Shown: one piece after another, positions 1 through 10,009 of the stretch
Position numbering within the stretch: position 1 is the first letter of the stretch
Layout: every line of letters begins with the position of its first letter
Source of the DNA: Centroscyllium fabricii
Lineage: Eukaryota
Assembly: GCA_051313645.2 (NCBI GenBank)
Contig: JBNRSN020000002.1
Coordinates: 205,964,001-206,028,000 of the forward strand
DNA length: 64,000 bases
Reading direction: 5' to 3'
Translations under genes and position numbers: made by a program
Notes under the pieces: generated by a model
What the model saw: only the letters and a program-made list of their open reading frames with translations
Told to the model about the DNA's origin: nothing
Databases searched by the model: none

Positions 1-1917
1 GCCAAATTTCTTGACACGGCGGCTAAGCTGGACCTTACGTATAACAAAGACAAATGTGTCTTTAATACAACCCGGCTCGCCATCCTCGGATACGTGGTGG
101 AGAACGGGGTCCTCGGCCCCGACCCACAGCGTATGCGACCCCTGCTCGAACTGCCCCTACCTCACAACCCCAAATCCTTGAGGAGATCTCTAGGATTTTT
201 CTCCTATTATGCACAATGGGTCCCACAGTTCGCAGATAAGGCTAGACCACTCCTCAAGGCTGCCGTCTTCCCTCTGTCTATAGAAGCTCAAACAGCATTC
301 GAAAAGATAAAAGGAGATATCATCAAGGCGACGATGGTCGCTATTGATGAATCCATCCCTTTCCAGGTGGAGAGTGACGCTTCGGACTTTGCCCTTGCTG
401 CCACCCTCAATCAGGCAGGCAGGCCCGTAGCGTTCTTCTCCCGCACCCTACAAGGACCCGAAACCCGCCACTCGGCAGTGGAAAAGGAGGCCCAGGCCAT
501 TGTGGAGGCCGTGCGCTACTGGCGTCATTACCTGGCCGGTAAGCGTTTTACCCTGCTCACCGACCAACGGTCGGTGGCGTTTATGTTCAACAATAAACTA
601 CGGGGTAAAATCAAGAATGACAAGATCATGCGGTGGCGGATCGAACTCTCCACTTATGAGTATGACATTCTTTACCGACCAGGTATACTCAATGAATCCC
701 CGGACGCACTGTCCAGGGGAACGTGCGCCAGTACCCAGCTAGACCGGCTGAAGGACCTCCACGACCACCTCTGCCACCCGGGTGTCACCAGACTCGCCCA
801 TTTTGTCAAAGCTAATAATCTCCCCTACTCCATCACAGAGATCAAAGCCATGACCCGAGAGTGCGCCGTCTGCGCCGAGTGCAAACCCCACTTTATCCGG
901 CCAGACACGGCGCACCTCATTAAGGCCACCCGCCCCTTTGAACGTCTCAGCGTGGACTTCAAAGGCCCCCTCCCTTCCACCGACCGGAACTCATACTTCC
1001 TCACGGTAGTGGATGAGTTCTCCCGCTTCCCCTTCGCCTTCCCCTGCCCAGACATGACGAGCGCAATGGTGATCAAACACTTCACCACGCTGTTCGCCAT
1101 CTTCGGTTTCCCCAGCTACATTCATAGCGACCGGGGGTCATCGTTCATGAGCGATGAACTGCGCCAGTTTCTGCTCCAGAAAGGGGTTGCCACGAGCAGA
1201 ACGACCAGTTACAACCCCCGGGGGAACGGCCAGGTAGAAAGGGAGAATGGGATTATCTGGAAGGCGGTCACTCTAGCCCTCAAGTCCAGAGGCCTTCCAG
1301 TGTCCCACTGGCAGGCAGTCCTCCCAGGCGCGCTGCACTCTATTAGGTCGCTATTATGTACAGCTACTAATGCCACCCCGCACGACCTTGTCTTCTCTTT
1401 CAGCAGGAGATCATCTTCGGGGACGGCGCTCCCACCATGGCTGACGACCCCTGGGCCGGTGTTTCTTAGAAGGCACGTTCGGGGCCACAAGACGGACCCC
1501 CTGGTGGACAAGGTACAACTCCTACACGCCAACCCACAATATGCCTTTGTGCAGTTCCCAGACGGGCGTGAGGACACCGTGTCCATCAGGGACCTGGCCC
1601 CGGCCGGCAACACCACCACAGCTCCTCCAGCTGGCCAGCAGGTCGACCTACCATCGACCACAAGATGGCCCCCGAGTTCCCCCGCAGATGCACAAGACGA
1701 GGTTCAGCAGAGTCACGAAACTACAGCACCGACGGAGACAGACTATTCGGCCATGGGGCAATCACCGCCAACGTCGGAACCCCGGCGGTCAGCAAGACAA
1801 ACGCGGCCGCCGGAGAGACTCATTGTGAACTGTTCAATTTATCCACCCCCCCCCCCCCCCCCTGGACTCAAAGTTTTCAACAAGGCATTCACCCCGCCCC
1901 GGACTCAAAGTTTTTAA
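1..1917 (+). CDS. pol: pol polyprotein fragment (RT C-terminus, RNase H, integrase), uninterrupted
   Basis: ORF 94..1917, in frame from base 1. RNase H motifs ESDASD, EKEAQA, TDQ, DALSR; HHCC zinc finger; integrase SVDFKG, HSDRG, NGQVER. Confidence 0.93.
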   Translation, partial: AKFLDTAAKLDLTYNKDKCVFNTTRLAILGYVVENGVLGPDPQRMRPLLELPLPHNPKSLRRSLGFFSYYAQWVPQFADKARPLLKAAVFPLSIEAQTAFEKIKGDIIKATMVAIDESIPFQVESDASDFALAATLNQAGRPVAFFSRTLQGPETRHSAVEKEAQAIVEAVRYWRHYLAGKRFTLLTDQRSVAFMFNNKLRGKIKNDKIMRWRIELSTYEYDILYRPGILNESPDALSRGTCASTQLDRLKDLHDHLCHPGVTRLAHFVKANNLPYSITEIKAMTRECAVCAECKPHFIRPDTAHLIKATRPFERLSVDFKGPLPSTDRNSYFLTVVDEFSRFPFAFPCPDMTSAMVIKHFTTLFAIFGFPSYIHSDRGSSFMSDELRQFLLQKGVATSRTTSYNPRGNGQVERENGIIWKAVTLALKSRGLPVSHWQAVLPGALHSIRSLLCTATNATPHDLVFSFSRRSSSGTALPPWLTTPGPVFLRRHVRGHKTDPLVDKVQLLHANPQYAFVQFPDGREDTVSIRDLAPAGNTTTAPPAGQQVDLPSTTRWPPSSPADAQDEVQQSHETTAPTETDYSAMGQSPPTSEPRRSARQTRPPERLIVNCSIYPPPPPPPGLKVFNKAFTPPRTQSF

Positions 1918-2189
1918 CAAGGGGTGAATGTGGTAACCCATATTTGGGGTATCCCTTATATGGGATACCATTGTGTATACCTGTGTGCTGATATGTTGCT
2001 GGAGCCAGGTCAGCCACACCTCTGACTCCTCCCTCCAGGTGGAGCACTATAAAGGTGTGGTCTGATCCTCCTCCTTTCTTTTACTGTATGAATCTACCGA
2101 GGAGAGACCTCTATTCTTTTATTAATTAAAAGCCTAGTATTAACGGTAACTACGAGTCGTCTTTTAATTAAGTCTTCAACCTCGCTACA
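1..2189 (+). mobile_element. Gypsy LTR retrotransposon A1 (Mag-like lineage), 3' portion, nested in the RT of element A2
   Basis: pol is open from base 1. PPT AAGGGGTGAA 1919-1928, then 3' LTR TG..CA 1929-2189 with TATA (~2048) and ATTAAA (~2125). The next bases read PRIADMVNQ, the interrupted RT of a related element. Confidence 0.93.
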
Positions 2190-4953
2190 CCCGGATAGCG
2201 GACATGGTGAACCAAATCGCCCAATTTAAAGTGTTCTCAACGATTGACCTAAAATCTGCTTATCACCAGCTTCCCATCCGCTCAGAGGACCATCTCTATA
2301 CTGCCTTTGAGGCTGACAGTCGCCTCTACCACTTCCTTAAGGTTCCGTTTGGCGTCACGAATGGGGTCTCGGTCTTCCAAAGGGAGATGGACCGAATGGT
2401 TGATCAGCACGGGCTGCGAGCCACTTTCCCGTACCTTGATAATGTGACCATCTGCGGCCATGATCAGCAGGACCATGACGCCAATCTCCAAAAATGTCTC
2501 CACACAGCCAAGACGCTGAACCTAACTTACAACACAGATAAATGTGTATTTAGCACCGGTCGCCTGGCCATCCTTGGCAGCGTTGTGGAGAATGGAGTCA
2601 TTGGTCCAGACCCGGACCGCATGCGCCCCCTCATGGAGCTTCCCCTCCCCCACTCCCCCAAAGCCCTTAAACGGTGTTTGGGATTTTTCGCCTACTATGC
2701 CCAGTGGGTCCCTAATTATGCGGACAAAGCTCGGCCACTACTCAAATCGACCTCTTTTCCCCTTTCTGCAGAAGCCAACTCGGCATTCTGCAGAATTAAA
2801 AACGATATTGCCAAAGCCACGATGCACGCTGTAGATGAGTCCGTCCCATTTCAAGTGGAAAGCGATGCATCGGACTTTGCCCTGGCCGCCACCCTTAACC
2901 AGGCGGGCAGACCCGTGGCCTTCTTTTCACGTACCCTCCAAGGCCCCGAAACCCGTCACTCCTCAGTCGAGAAGGAGGCCCAGGCCATTGTTGAAGCAGT
3001 GCGGCACTGGAAGCACTACCTGGCTGGCAAACGTTTTACTCTGTTGACTGACCAACGATCAGTCGCATTCATGTTTAACAACAAGGAACGGGGTAAAATA
3101 AAGAACGACAAGATACTAAGGTGGAGAATTGAACTCTCTGCGTTCAACTATGATATCTTGTACCGGCCCGGGATATTTAACGAACCCCCAGACGCCCTAT
3201 CTCGCGGTACCTGTGCCAGCGCACAGGCTGACCGTCTCCAAACTCTCCACAATGACCTCTGCCACCCGGGGGTCACCAGGTTGGTTCACTTTGTGAAGTC
3301 CCGCAACCTCCCCATCTCTATCGAGGAGGTCAAGACCCTGACCAGCAATTGCCAGGTCTGCGCAGAGTGCAAGCCGCACTTCTACCGGCCAGACCGGGCG
3401 CACTTGATCAAGGCCACTCGCCCCTTTGAACGACTCAGTGTCGATTTCAAAGGGCCTCTTCCCTCATCAAATAGGAATGTGTACTTCCTTAATGTAATAG
3501 ATGAGTACTCCCGCTTCCCCTTCGCCATTCCCTGCCAGGACATGACCTCCGCCACCGTCATCAAAGCCCTTAACAGCATCTTCTCTCTGTTCGGCTATCC
3601 CAACTATATCCATAGTGACCGGGGGGCCTCTTTTATGAGTGACGAGCTGCGTCAGTTTCTGCTAGCCAAAGGCATCGCGACTAGCAGGACTACCAGCTAC
3701 AACCCCCGGGGGAACGGACAGGTAGAGAGGGAGAACGCCACGGTCTGGAAAGCCATCCAGTTAGCCCTACGGTCTAAAGGCCTCCCAGTCACCCGCTGGC
3801 AGGACGTCCTCCCTGAAGTGCTCCACTCTATCTGGTCCCTCCTGTGTACTACCACTAATGCCACCCCTCACGAAAGACTTTTTGCCTTCCCCAGGAAGTC
3901 GGCTTCCGGGACCTCGCTACCATCGTGGCTAGTATCCCCGGGACCGGTCCTATTACGGAAGCACGTGAGGGGACACAAGGCAGATCCCCTAGTCGAACGG
4001 GTCCACCTTCTGCACGCCAATCCCCAGTACGCATACGTAGCGTACCCCGATGGGAGGGAGGACACCGTGTCTATAAAGGACCTGGCCCCAGCAGGAGTCC
4101 CCAAACCCTGTCCCGCTCAGCAGCCCAAGCACCCAAGAAGCCCCGCTCAGCAGCCCGCGCACAAAAGAAGCCCCGCTCAGCAGCCTGCGCCCCCAAAATG
4201 TCCTGTGATGCTCCCCCAGCCACCGACGCCAGGGTACGCTCCCCAGCACGTGGACCCAGTACCCCAGTGCGCCCGCACAGCACCTGCGCGCAGCACAGCA
4301 TGGCCTCCAGCTTGGATCCACAGAGCGCGCCCCCTAGAGTCAGAGGACGAAGGAGAGAGCGCGCCCCCTGCTGTCAGAACAAGGGCATCACCGCCACCCA
4401 GAAGTAGTGTTACAACAACAACAGCTACCTTCCGTCAACCGGCGCCGGCACCACTACAGCAACCGACACGGCCAGCCACGCCGCGACCACGAACACCACA
4501 GGCACCACCAGCGGTGCGAAGATCGACGCGGATATCAAAACCGCCTGCAAGACTTAACTTGTAGATGAAATAACTTTTATTGTTTATTAAAAAAAAAAAT
4601 AAAAATGTAATCACTTTTTTCCTTTTTCACTCACTGGTCGTTCACCACGCCAGACTTTCGTTTTAAAGAAGGGGTGAATGTGATAAACCATTTATCACTG
4701 TATATAGTAGCTATCATGTATTACGATGTAACCATGTAAATACCTGTACTATGATATGATGACTGGGACATGCCCAGGTTGGCTCCGCCCATAACTCCTC
4801 CCTCCCTGGAGGAGGTATATAAGTGACTGCTCCCATCCCCCCAGCCACACCTGGGGACAGTCGACTAACTGGTGCATGTTCCAGTGTAGTTAATAAAAGC
4901 CTATTGTTTCTTCTACTAACTACTCGCTTCCGAGGCCGTTATTTCAGGTCACA
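2190..4953 (+). mobile_element. Gypsy LTR retrotransposon A2 (Mag-like lineage), 3' portion
   Basis: pol ORF 2204..4564, PPT AAGAAGGGGTGAA 4666-4678, 3' LTR from TG at 4679 with TATATAA and AATAAA. The LTR end near 4953 is approximate. Confidence 0.9.
2204..4564 (+). CDS. pol: pol (RT with YLDN motif, RNase H, integrase, Pro-rich tail)
   Basis: 786 aa with no stops: IDLKSAYHQ, PFGVTNG, YLDN, ESDASD, DFKG, HSDRG, NGQVER. Three 27-bp repeats (SPAQQP) at ~4110-4190. Confidence 0.93.
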   Translation: MVNQIAQFKVFSTIDLKSAYHQLPIRSEDHLYTAFEADSRLYHFLKVPFGVTNGVSVFQREMDRMVDQHGLRATFPYLDNVTICGHDQQDHDANLQKCLHTAKTLNLTYNTDKCVFSTGRLAILGSVVENGVIGPDPDRMRPLMELPLPHSPKALKRCLGFFAYYAQWVPNYADKARPLLKSTSFPLSAEANSAFCRIKNDIAKATMHAVDESVPFQVESDASDFALAATLNQAGRPVAFFSRTLQGPETRHSSVEKEAQAIVEAVRHWKHYLAGKRFTLLTDQRSVAFMFNNKERGKIKNDKILRWRIELSAFNYDILYRPGIFNEPPDALSRGTCASAQADRLQTLHNDLCHPGVTRLVHFVKSRNLPISIEEVKTLTSNCQVCAECKPHFYRPDRAHLIKATRPFERLSVDFKGPLPSSNRNVYFLNVIDEYSRFPFAIPCQDMTSATVIKALNSIFSLFGYPNYIHSDRGASFMSDELRQFLLAKGIATSRTTSYNPRGNGQVERENATVWKAIQLALRSKGLPVTRWQDVLPEVLHSIWSLLCTTTNATPHERLFAFPRKSASGTSLPSWLVSPGPVLLRKHVRGHKADPLVERVHLLHANPQYAYVAYPDGREDTVSIKDLAPAGVPKPCPAQQPKHPRSPAQQPAHKRSPAQQPAPPKCPVMLPQPPTPGYAPQHVDPVPQCARTAPARSTAWPPAWIHRARPLESEDEGESAPPAVRTRASPPPRSSVTTTTATFRQPAPAPLQQPTRPATPRPRTPQAPPAVRRSTRISKPPARLNL

Positions 4954-5902
4954 TGTCTCACACAAGACTTCTCGTTGCTCAGGGCTGGGTGCCTCGTGGT
5001 TTTCTGACTACCATGGAATTAGGTTGTCCTCGTAGTGGTTTCCATGGAACTTCTTCTTCTTCTGGTGAATGATTGCTGGGGGCCGTTTATTCGAAGCCCA
5101 CCCCAGGCACCCTCAAACGCCGGCTCTTTATCTTTAATGTCATGCCCGTCACTAGTTTGGAGTGACTACTCCATCACCCCTCCTTCTAGGGCGAGGCCTA
5201 GTCTTGCTCCGGTCCATACTGAGATGTCTACTGTCCCGCTTAGTACCTGACCCCAATTTGGTCCTGGCCTCGTGGTATGGTGTGGGCAATGGCCAGGGAA
5301 CGGTGTGGAATTCCAGTACAGACCGGCGGGTCGTGTCTGCGCATGGACCGAAGTACCAACCTGCCTGTGCCTCAGCCTGCCGTGCTCTGCTGGGCTGCTC
5401 TCTGCCATGCTGTTTGGCTTCATTCCTTGTCGTTAAGTTATACTAATTCGGACAGTGTCTTATTTTGCACCAAATCAGGTCAGTCTTTGTTTAATTTGGC
5501 GGGCTTTACTGTTTAACAAAAGCTGGCACTTGATGTAAAATGACTAAAACTGCCAATTTCCCTCTGATGGCCTTATCCCGGCCTCCCTTTGTGTATCTTG
5601 TACCTGAGTACTGAAACTTCCGTGGTTGAATAGAAGTGGCTTGTTTTGATGATTTGCCCAAAATAAACATTGATTGTTGTCCAATTAAGCGGCCTTTGTT
5701 TCAGCTGGCCAACTGGCTGGCCCTCCATACATATTCAATGCTCTCCTCTGGAGCTATGACTGCATGCATTTTTGAAATAACAGACTGTGTCTGGCCCCTG
5801 TTGCTGGGGAGAAAATGACCAGCTTTCAGCTGCAGTCATGTGACCCAGACTCCATTTTCTCCACTTTAAAAATGTGTCCATTTTCTGTAACTTTGCTTTA
5901 CA
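4954..5902 (-). repeat. Long LTR-like repeat, truncated by insertion of A2; homologous to 36210-37570
   Basis: Colinear similarity to the reverse complement of ~36220-37130 (shared blocks GCTCCGGTCCATACTGAG, TGCGCATGGACC, CCCCAGCAACAG). Minus strand begins TGTAAAG. Confidence 0.55.
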
Positions 5903-5904
5903 AG

Positions 5905-6120
5905 GGCTGGGAAAGCAAGAAATGTTGCGAATGTTAAGCTTCCAATCCAACATTCTATCCATCACCAAGTACAGTTACTTTCACCTTTGCAATATCACCC
6001 ACCTCTACCCCTACCTCACCCCGTCTCAAAATCCTTATCCATGCTTTTTCTACCTCTGGACTCAATTTCTCAAATGGCCTCCTCGCTGACCTTCAATCCT
6101 TGATCCTCCATTAATACCAA
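5905..6120 (+). mobile_element. L2 LINE fragment (degraded)
   Basis: Similar to 12250-12500 of the larger L2 remnant; pyrimidine-rich C-terminal RT region. Confidence 0.45.
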
Positions 6121-6448
6121 CTTATTCAAAACTCTACTGCGTTGTCCTGTTCTGCACTAAGTCACATTCAGCTAATAGCCATTCTGGGCCTGATACTCCT
6201 TGGCACCCGATCTTCCCGGTGAAGCTGGCACCGGATGCCCAATGCATGACAGGAAGTAAAAATAGTTTTGGGATCTGAATGATGGCATCTCAATGAGAAC
6301 CTCTCCTGCCTGGGGTGATGGCCTCACATGCTAATTAAAATGCACATCTTAAAATGGCCCAAGGTTGGTGAGAAGACAGGGAGTGGCCTGCTGCCTCGAT
6401 TTTAACACCCTGGCACAGCCTGTTCTCAATAGGCAAGGTGCAGTAAAA

Positions 6449-6685
6449 TCATAGAAACATAGAAGATAGGAGCAGGAGTAGGCCATTCGGCCCCTCGAGC
6501 CTGCTCTGCCATTCAATGAGATCATGGCTGATCATCCAAACCCTGTCCCTGCCTTCTCCCCATATCCCTTGATTCCTTTAGCTTTAAGAAATATATCTAA
6601 GTCCTTCTTGAATATATTTAATGAATTGGCCTCAACTGCCTTCTGTAGTAGAAGATTCCACAGGTTCACCACTCTCTGGAGTAGT
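6449..6685 (-). mobile_element. CR1 LINE 3' end
   Basis: Encodes QRVVNLWNLL...GIKGYGEKAG, followed by the CR1 3' UTR hairpin and a (TTCTATG)-type tail. Confidence 0.85.
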
Positions 6686-6831
6686 GAACCATTCACCAAT
6701 CGGAGCTTAAGTCTCTCAACCTGAGACATCTGGAGGTGAGAATACTGGGTAGAATTAGTTGTGGAGATATATGATATATTTTAAATTTCTATTATAGAGC
6801 ATTAAACTTCTTAGATAATACGAGAAATTAT

Positions 6832-7750
6832 GGCCCTGAATTTCCATGGGTCAGGATGTTCTCCTGCTCTCCTTCAGTGGGAGATCGGCAGAACCCATGG
6901 AGGAACAGTGTAATGCCTGTTTTCAGTTGTTACACTGTTTCTCTGGCAGACATGATAATAAGGATATGGCAGGAGATTGAGAGAACCCACTCAGAAATTC
7001 AGTACCTGCATAGTTTACAGATTCAAGTTCAAGACACAATCATGATATGTACAGTGTGTTTAAACATTGCTCTGGATCTTGCTGGAGCGGAGAATCTTGC
7101 TTCACATGGCATTAGTTAGATGTTTCAGCTTGAAAAATGTTTGTGCAGTATCTTGCTGGAAGTGCGAATTGAATGGCAGGAACAACAATGAGATTTAAGG
7201 ATTGAGAAAGAGCAGAGGAACAACAAAGAAAGGGTGATTTAGAGTTCAATCAGATACAAAAAGAGAAATGAAGAGAAAGAAAGATTGGATTATGAGAGAC
7301 AGAGAAAAGAGACAGAAAGGAAAAGTAAGAAAAACAATTAAAAATAAAAATGTTGACACATTTAAAATCTCTAACCATTGTCTACATGCAGGAATGAGAT
7401 TGAGTGGTATAAATAGTTCACTTTATGGGCCAAAGAGGTTGATTTGCATTGCATTAACAAATATCACATTGTTAAAATAGTACTTATGCTCTTAATTACC
7501 AGACTTAACTTTCTGTGGTAAGTTTAATGGGCAATTTATCCAACAAGTTCCTAAAAAACAACGGGGTGGCTAAGAGCAAAATGCTGTTTGTGCAAAGCAA
7601 ATGGTAGAGTGGCGTAAATCAAGTTTTGGAGATTCACAACTCACGGCATATCTCTTAGACCCCTGAACTTGCAAACTGATTTGTGCATTAATAACGGTGT
7701 CCGTCGTTAACACACCATTATTTTCCATCATGAAATGGCTGAATCTGACT
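6832..7750. mobile_element. Possible non-autonomous DNA transposon (MITE-like), degraded
   Basis: Starts GGCCCTGAATTTCC, resembling the other G-rich TIR elements here. Right end unclear. Confidence 0.3.
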
Positions 7751-8796
7751 ACAACTATGCAGGCTTTGAACATACCTATAATATGATTAGATTTTGGTCT
7801 AAAGCCATTCCTTTTTGTTTGGGTTGGCTATTGTATGCTTAGTTGTGGCTATGCTGTTATCAAATCATTGTTGACTACAGAGAGCAGAAATGGTTGAAAC
7901 ATTTTTTTACCAACAGTTCCTTTTCTACAAATAAATGCCTTAAAATTGCCTTGATTTCAAGCAAGGTCCAAAGAATCTTCATGATCTTACCTCTGGTTAG
8001 GTGATCTCAGAGCATATGGTGAAAGGGATAAACTGAATCACACTGTTGTAAAATTAATTAGCCTCAGAAACAAAGTGAACAGATGCTATAATCAGTTCTC
8101 TTGCATCTCTACATCTAAAAGGTTCTCAGGAGAAATGTCTCTTTTTTTTGTTTGAGGGATCCATTCCGCACTGTTATTTATTTTATATTTCAAGAATAAT
8201 CATGAAAAAAACCAAATGTGACATTTTAAAAACTAGTTCACAAGAATTTAAAAACTCAATTGTGTTTCATTCAGAGGCTGATTAATTTCTGTCTGTCCTG
8301 GAGACTTTAAGTACAATTAATTTACATTAGACTCCTAGGTAAAGTGACTGAGGAAAGAAAACATTTTTGAAGGCTGACTCCGGGCTTGGTATTTGGTCAG
8401 TTCTTATCTGTAACTCATGTTACTTTAGAGTTTATAGCATATGGAAAGGCAGGAATCATCAATCAGCGTACACCTACACACTCCAACCACTCCCCCGACA
8501 TCTCTGTCTTATGGTCCTCACTCACTTTCTTAAAAATTAATTCTCAGGATATGAGCGTCACTGGCAGGGTCAATATTTATTGTCCATCCCTAGTTGCCCT
8601 TGAGAAGGTGGTGGTGAGCCACCTTCTTGAACCGCTGCAGTCTGTGTGGTGAAGGTGCTCCCACACTCCTGTTAGGGAGGGAGTTCTAGGATGTTTACTC
8701 AGCGACAATGAAGGAACAGCAATGTCCAGGTCAGGATGGTATGTGACTTGCAGGCGAACTTGGAGGTGATGGTGTTCCCATGCACCTGCTGCCCTT

Positions 8797-9935
8797 ACAA
8801 AAGCAAAATACTGCAGATGCTGGAAATCTGAAATGAAAACAGAAAATGCTGGAAATACTCAGCAGATCAGGCAGCATCTGTAAAGAGAGAAATAGAGGTA
8901 ACGTGGGGGGGTATTTTGCTGGAGGTGCGGGAACCTGGCGGGATTGGTCAGGGCGGGTTCTTGACCCGCCCGGCCAAGGGCCTGGGAAACCCACACTATT
9001 TTAGTCTAATGACTCAATTAAATCCCCTCGTGCTGGGTGCCTCTGCTAATTGCAGCAGTCCAGTCAGCAATTATGGCGCTGAAAGGGTATTGCAGCAGGC
9101 CGTCAGGGAGATGAGGGAACTGTTTATTTACAGTTCCCATGGAAACACTCCACTGTGACATCACAGTGGAGTGGAACCAATGGGAGAAGACAAGTGCTGT
9201 TGAGTGACAGGTGGGTGGAAGGGCTTCAAATCTTTGACAGCTAGCCAGTGTCTGTCAGTCGAGCTGGGAAGGTAAGTTTTCCAAGTTTTTGCCCACAGCT
9301 GGAGTTGACACAACGGAGTGACTTACTCCTCCAGGATGATGAAGGGCTGGGAAGCATTTTGCGCCAGGTCGTTCAACACCTTGAAGGAGAAAGTTAGCAA
9401 TACCACCGTGATCCCGCTGGGTTTCACCAGCGGGGTTTTAGGATGGCGGTGTTTGGGTGGGAAGGGGGTGGAAAAGGCTAAGGGCCCTTAAAATAGCATT
9501 AAACATGCCAATTAAGGGCCCTTAATGAGCTGACAGACCATTCCCACCGGCCGCTGGTGGGAAAGATTCGGGGCGGGGGGACAGGGCAAGGGAAAATGCT
9601 AAAGTGGCGGGGATCCGGCGGGGGGGGGCGGTCACGACCCGCCGGTTCCACTATTTTGCCATCCGACCCGCCAAAAACCCTGCCTCATGGGGAGATGAAA
9701 ATCCCCCCCAATGTTTCAGGTCGATGACCCTTCATCAGAACTGGAAAAATTTAGAGATGTAACAGATTTTTAAGCAAGTGTAGGGGCTGGGAAAGAGGGG
9801 AGGGGAGGAAAGAACAAAGGGTAGGTCTGTGATAGGCTGGAAGGCAGGAGAGATTAAATGACAAAAGGGATGATGGTGCAAGGAAAGCAGAGATGGTAAT
9901 GGGACAAGTTAAGAAACAAAAAATGACTCTAGAGT
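8797..9935 (-). mobile_element. Penelope-like element terminal fragment with a hammerhead core, interrupted by a MITE
   Basis: 12-bp TSD; CTGATGA-agggtcatcgacct-GAAAC on the minus strand at 9713-9738. A related fragment lies at ~43560-43635. Confidence 0.7.
8904..9710. mobile_element. PIF/Harbinger-like MITE
   Basis: TIR TGGGGGGG.ATTTT / AAAATCCCCCCCA, 3-bp TSD ACG/ATG. Inverted homolog at 38707-39517. Confidence 0.7.
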
Positions 9936-10009
9936 CCTGCTGCCCTTGTCCTTCCAGGTGATGGAGGTCATGGGTTTGGGAGGTGCTGTCGAAGCAGCAT
10001 AACCTTCAG

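Larger units (their letters stand above)
8530..10000 (-). mobile_element. CR1-group LINE 3' fragment interrupted by a Penelope fragment
   Basis: Same family as 29575-30275 in the opposite orientation. Split at the 12-bp duplication CCTGCTGCCCTT (8785-8796 and 9936-9947). Confidence 0.65.
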
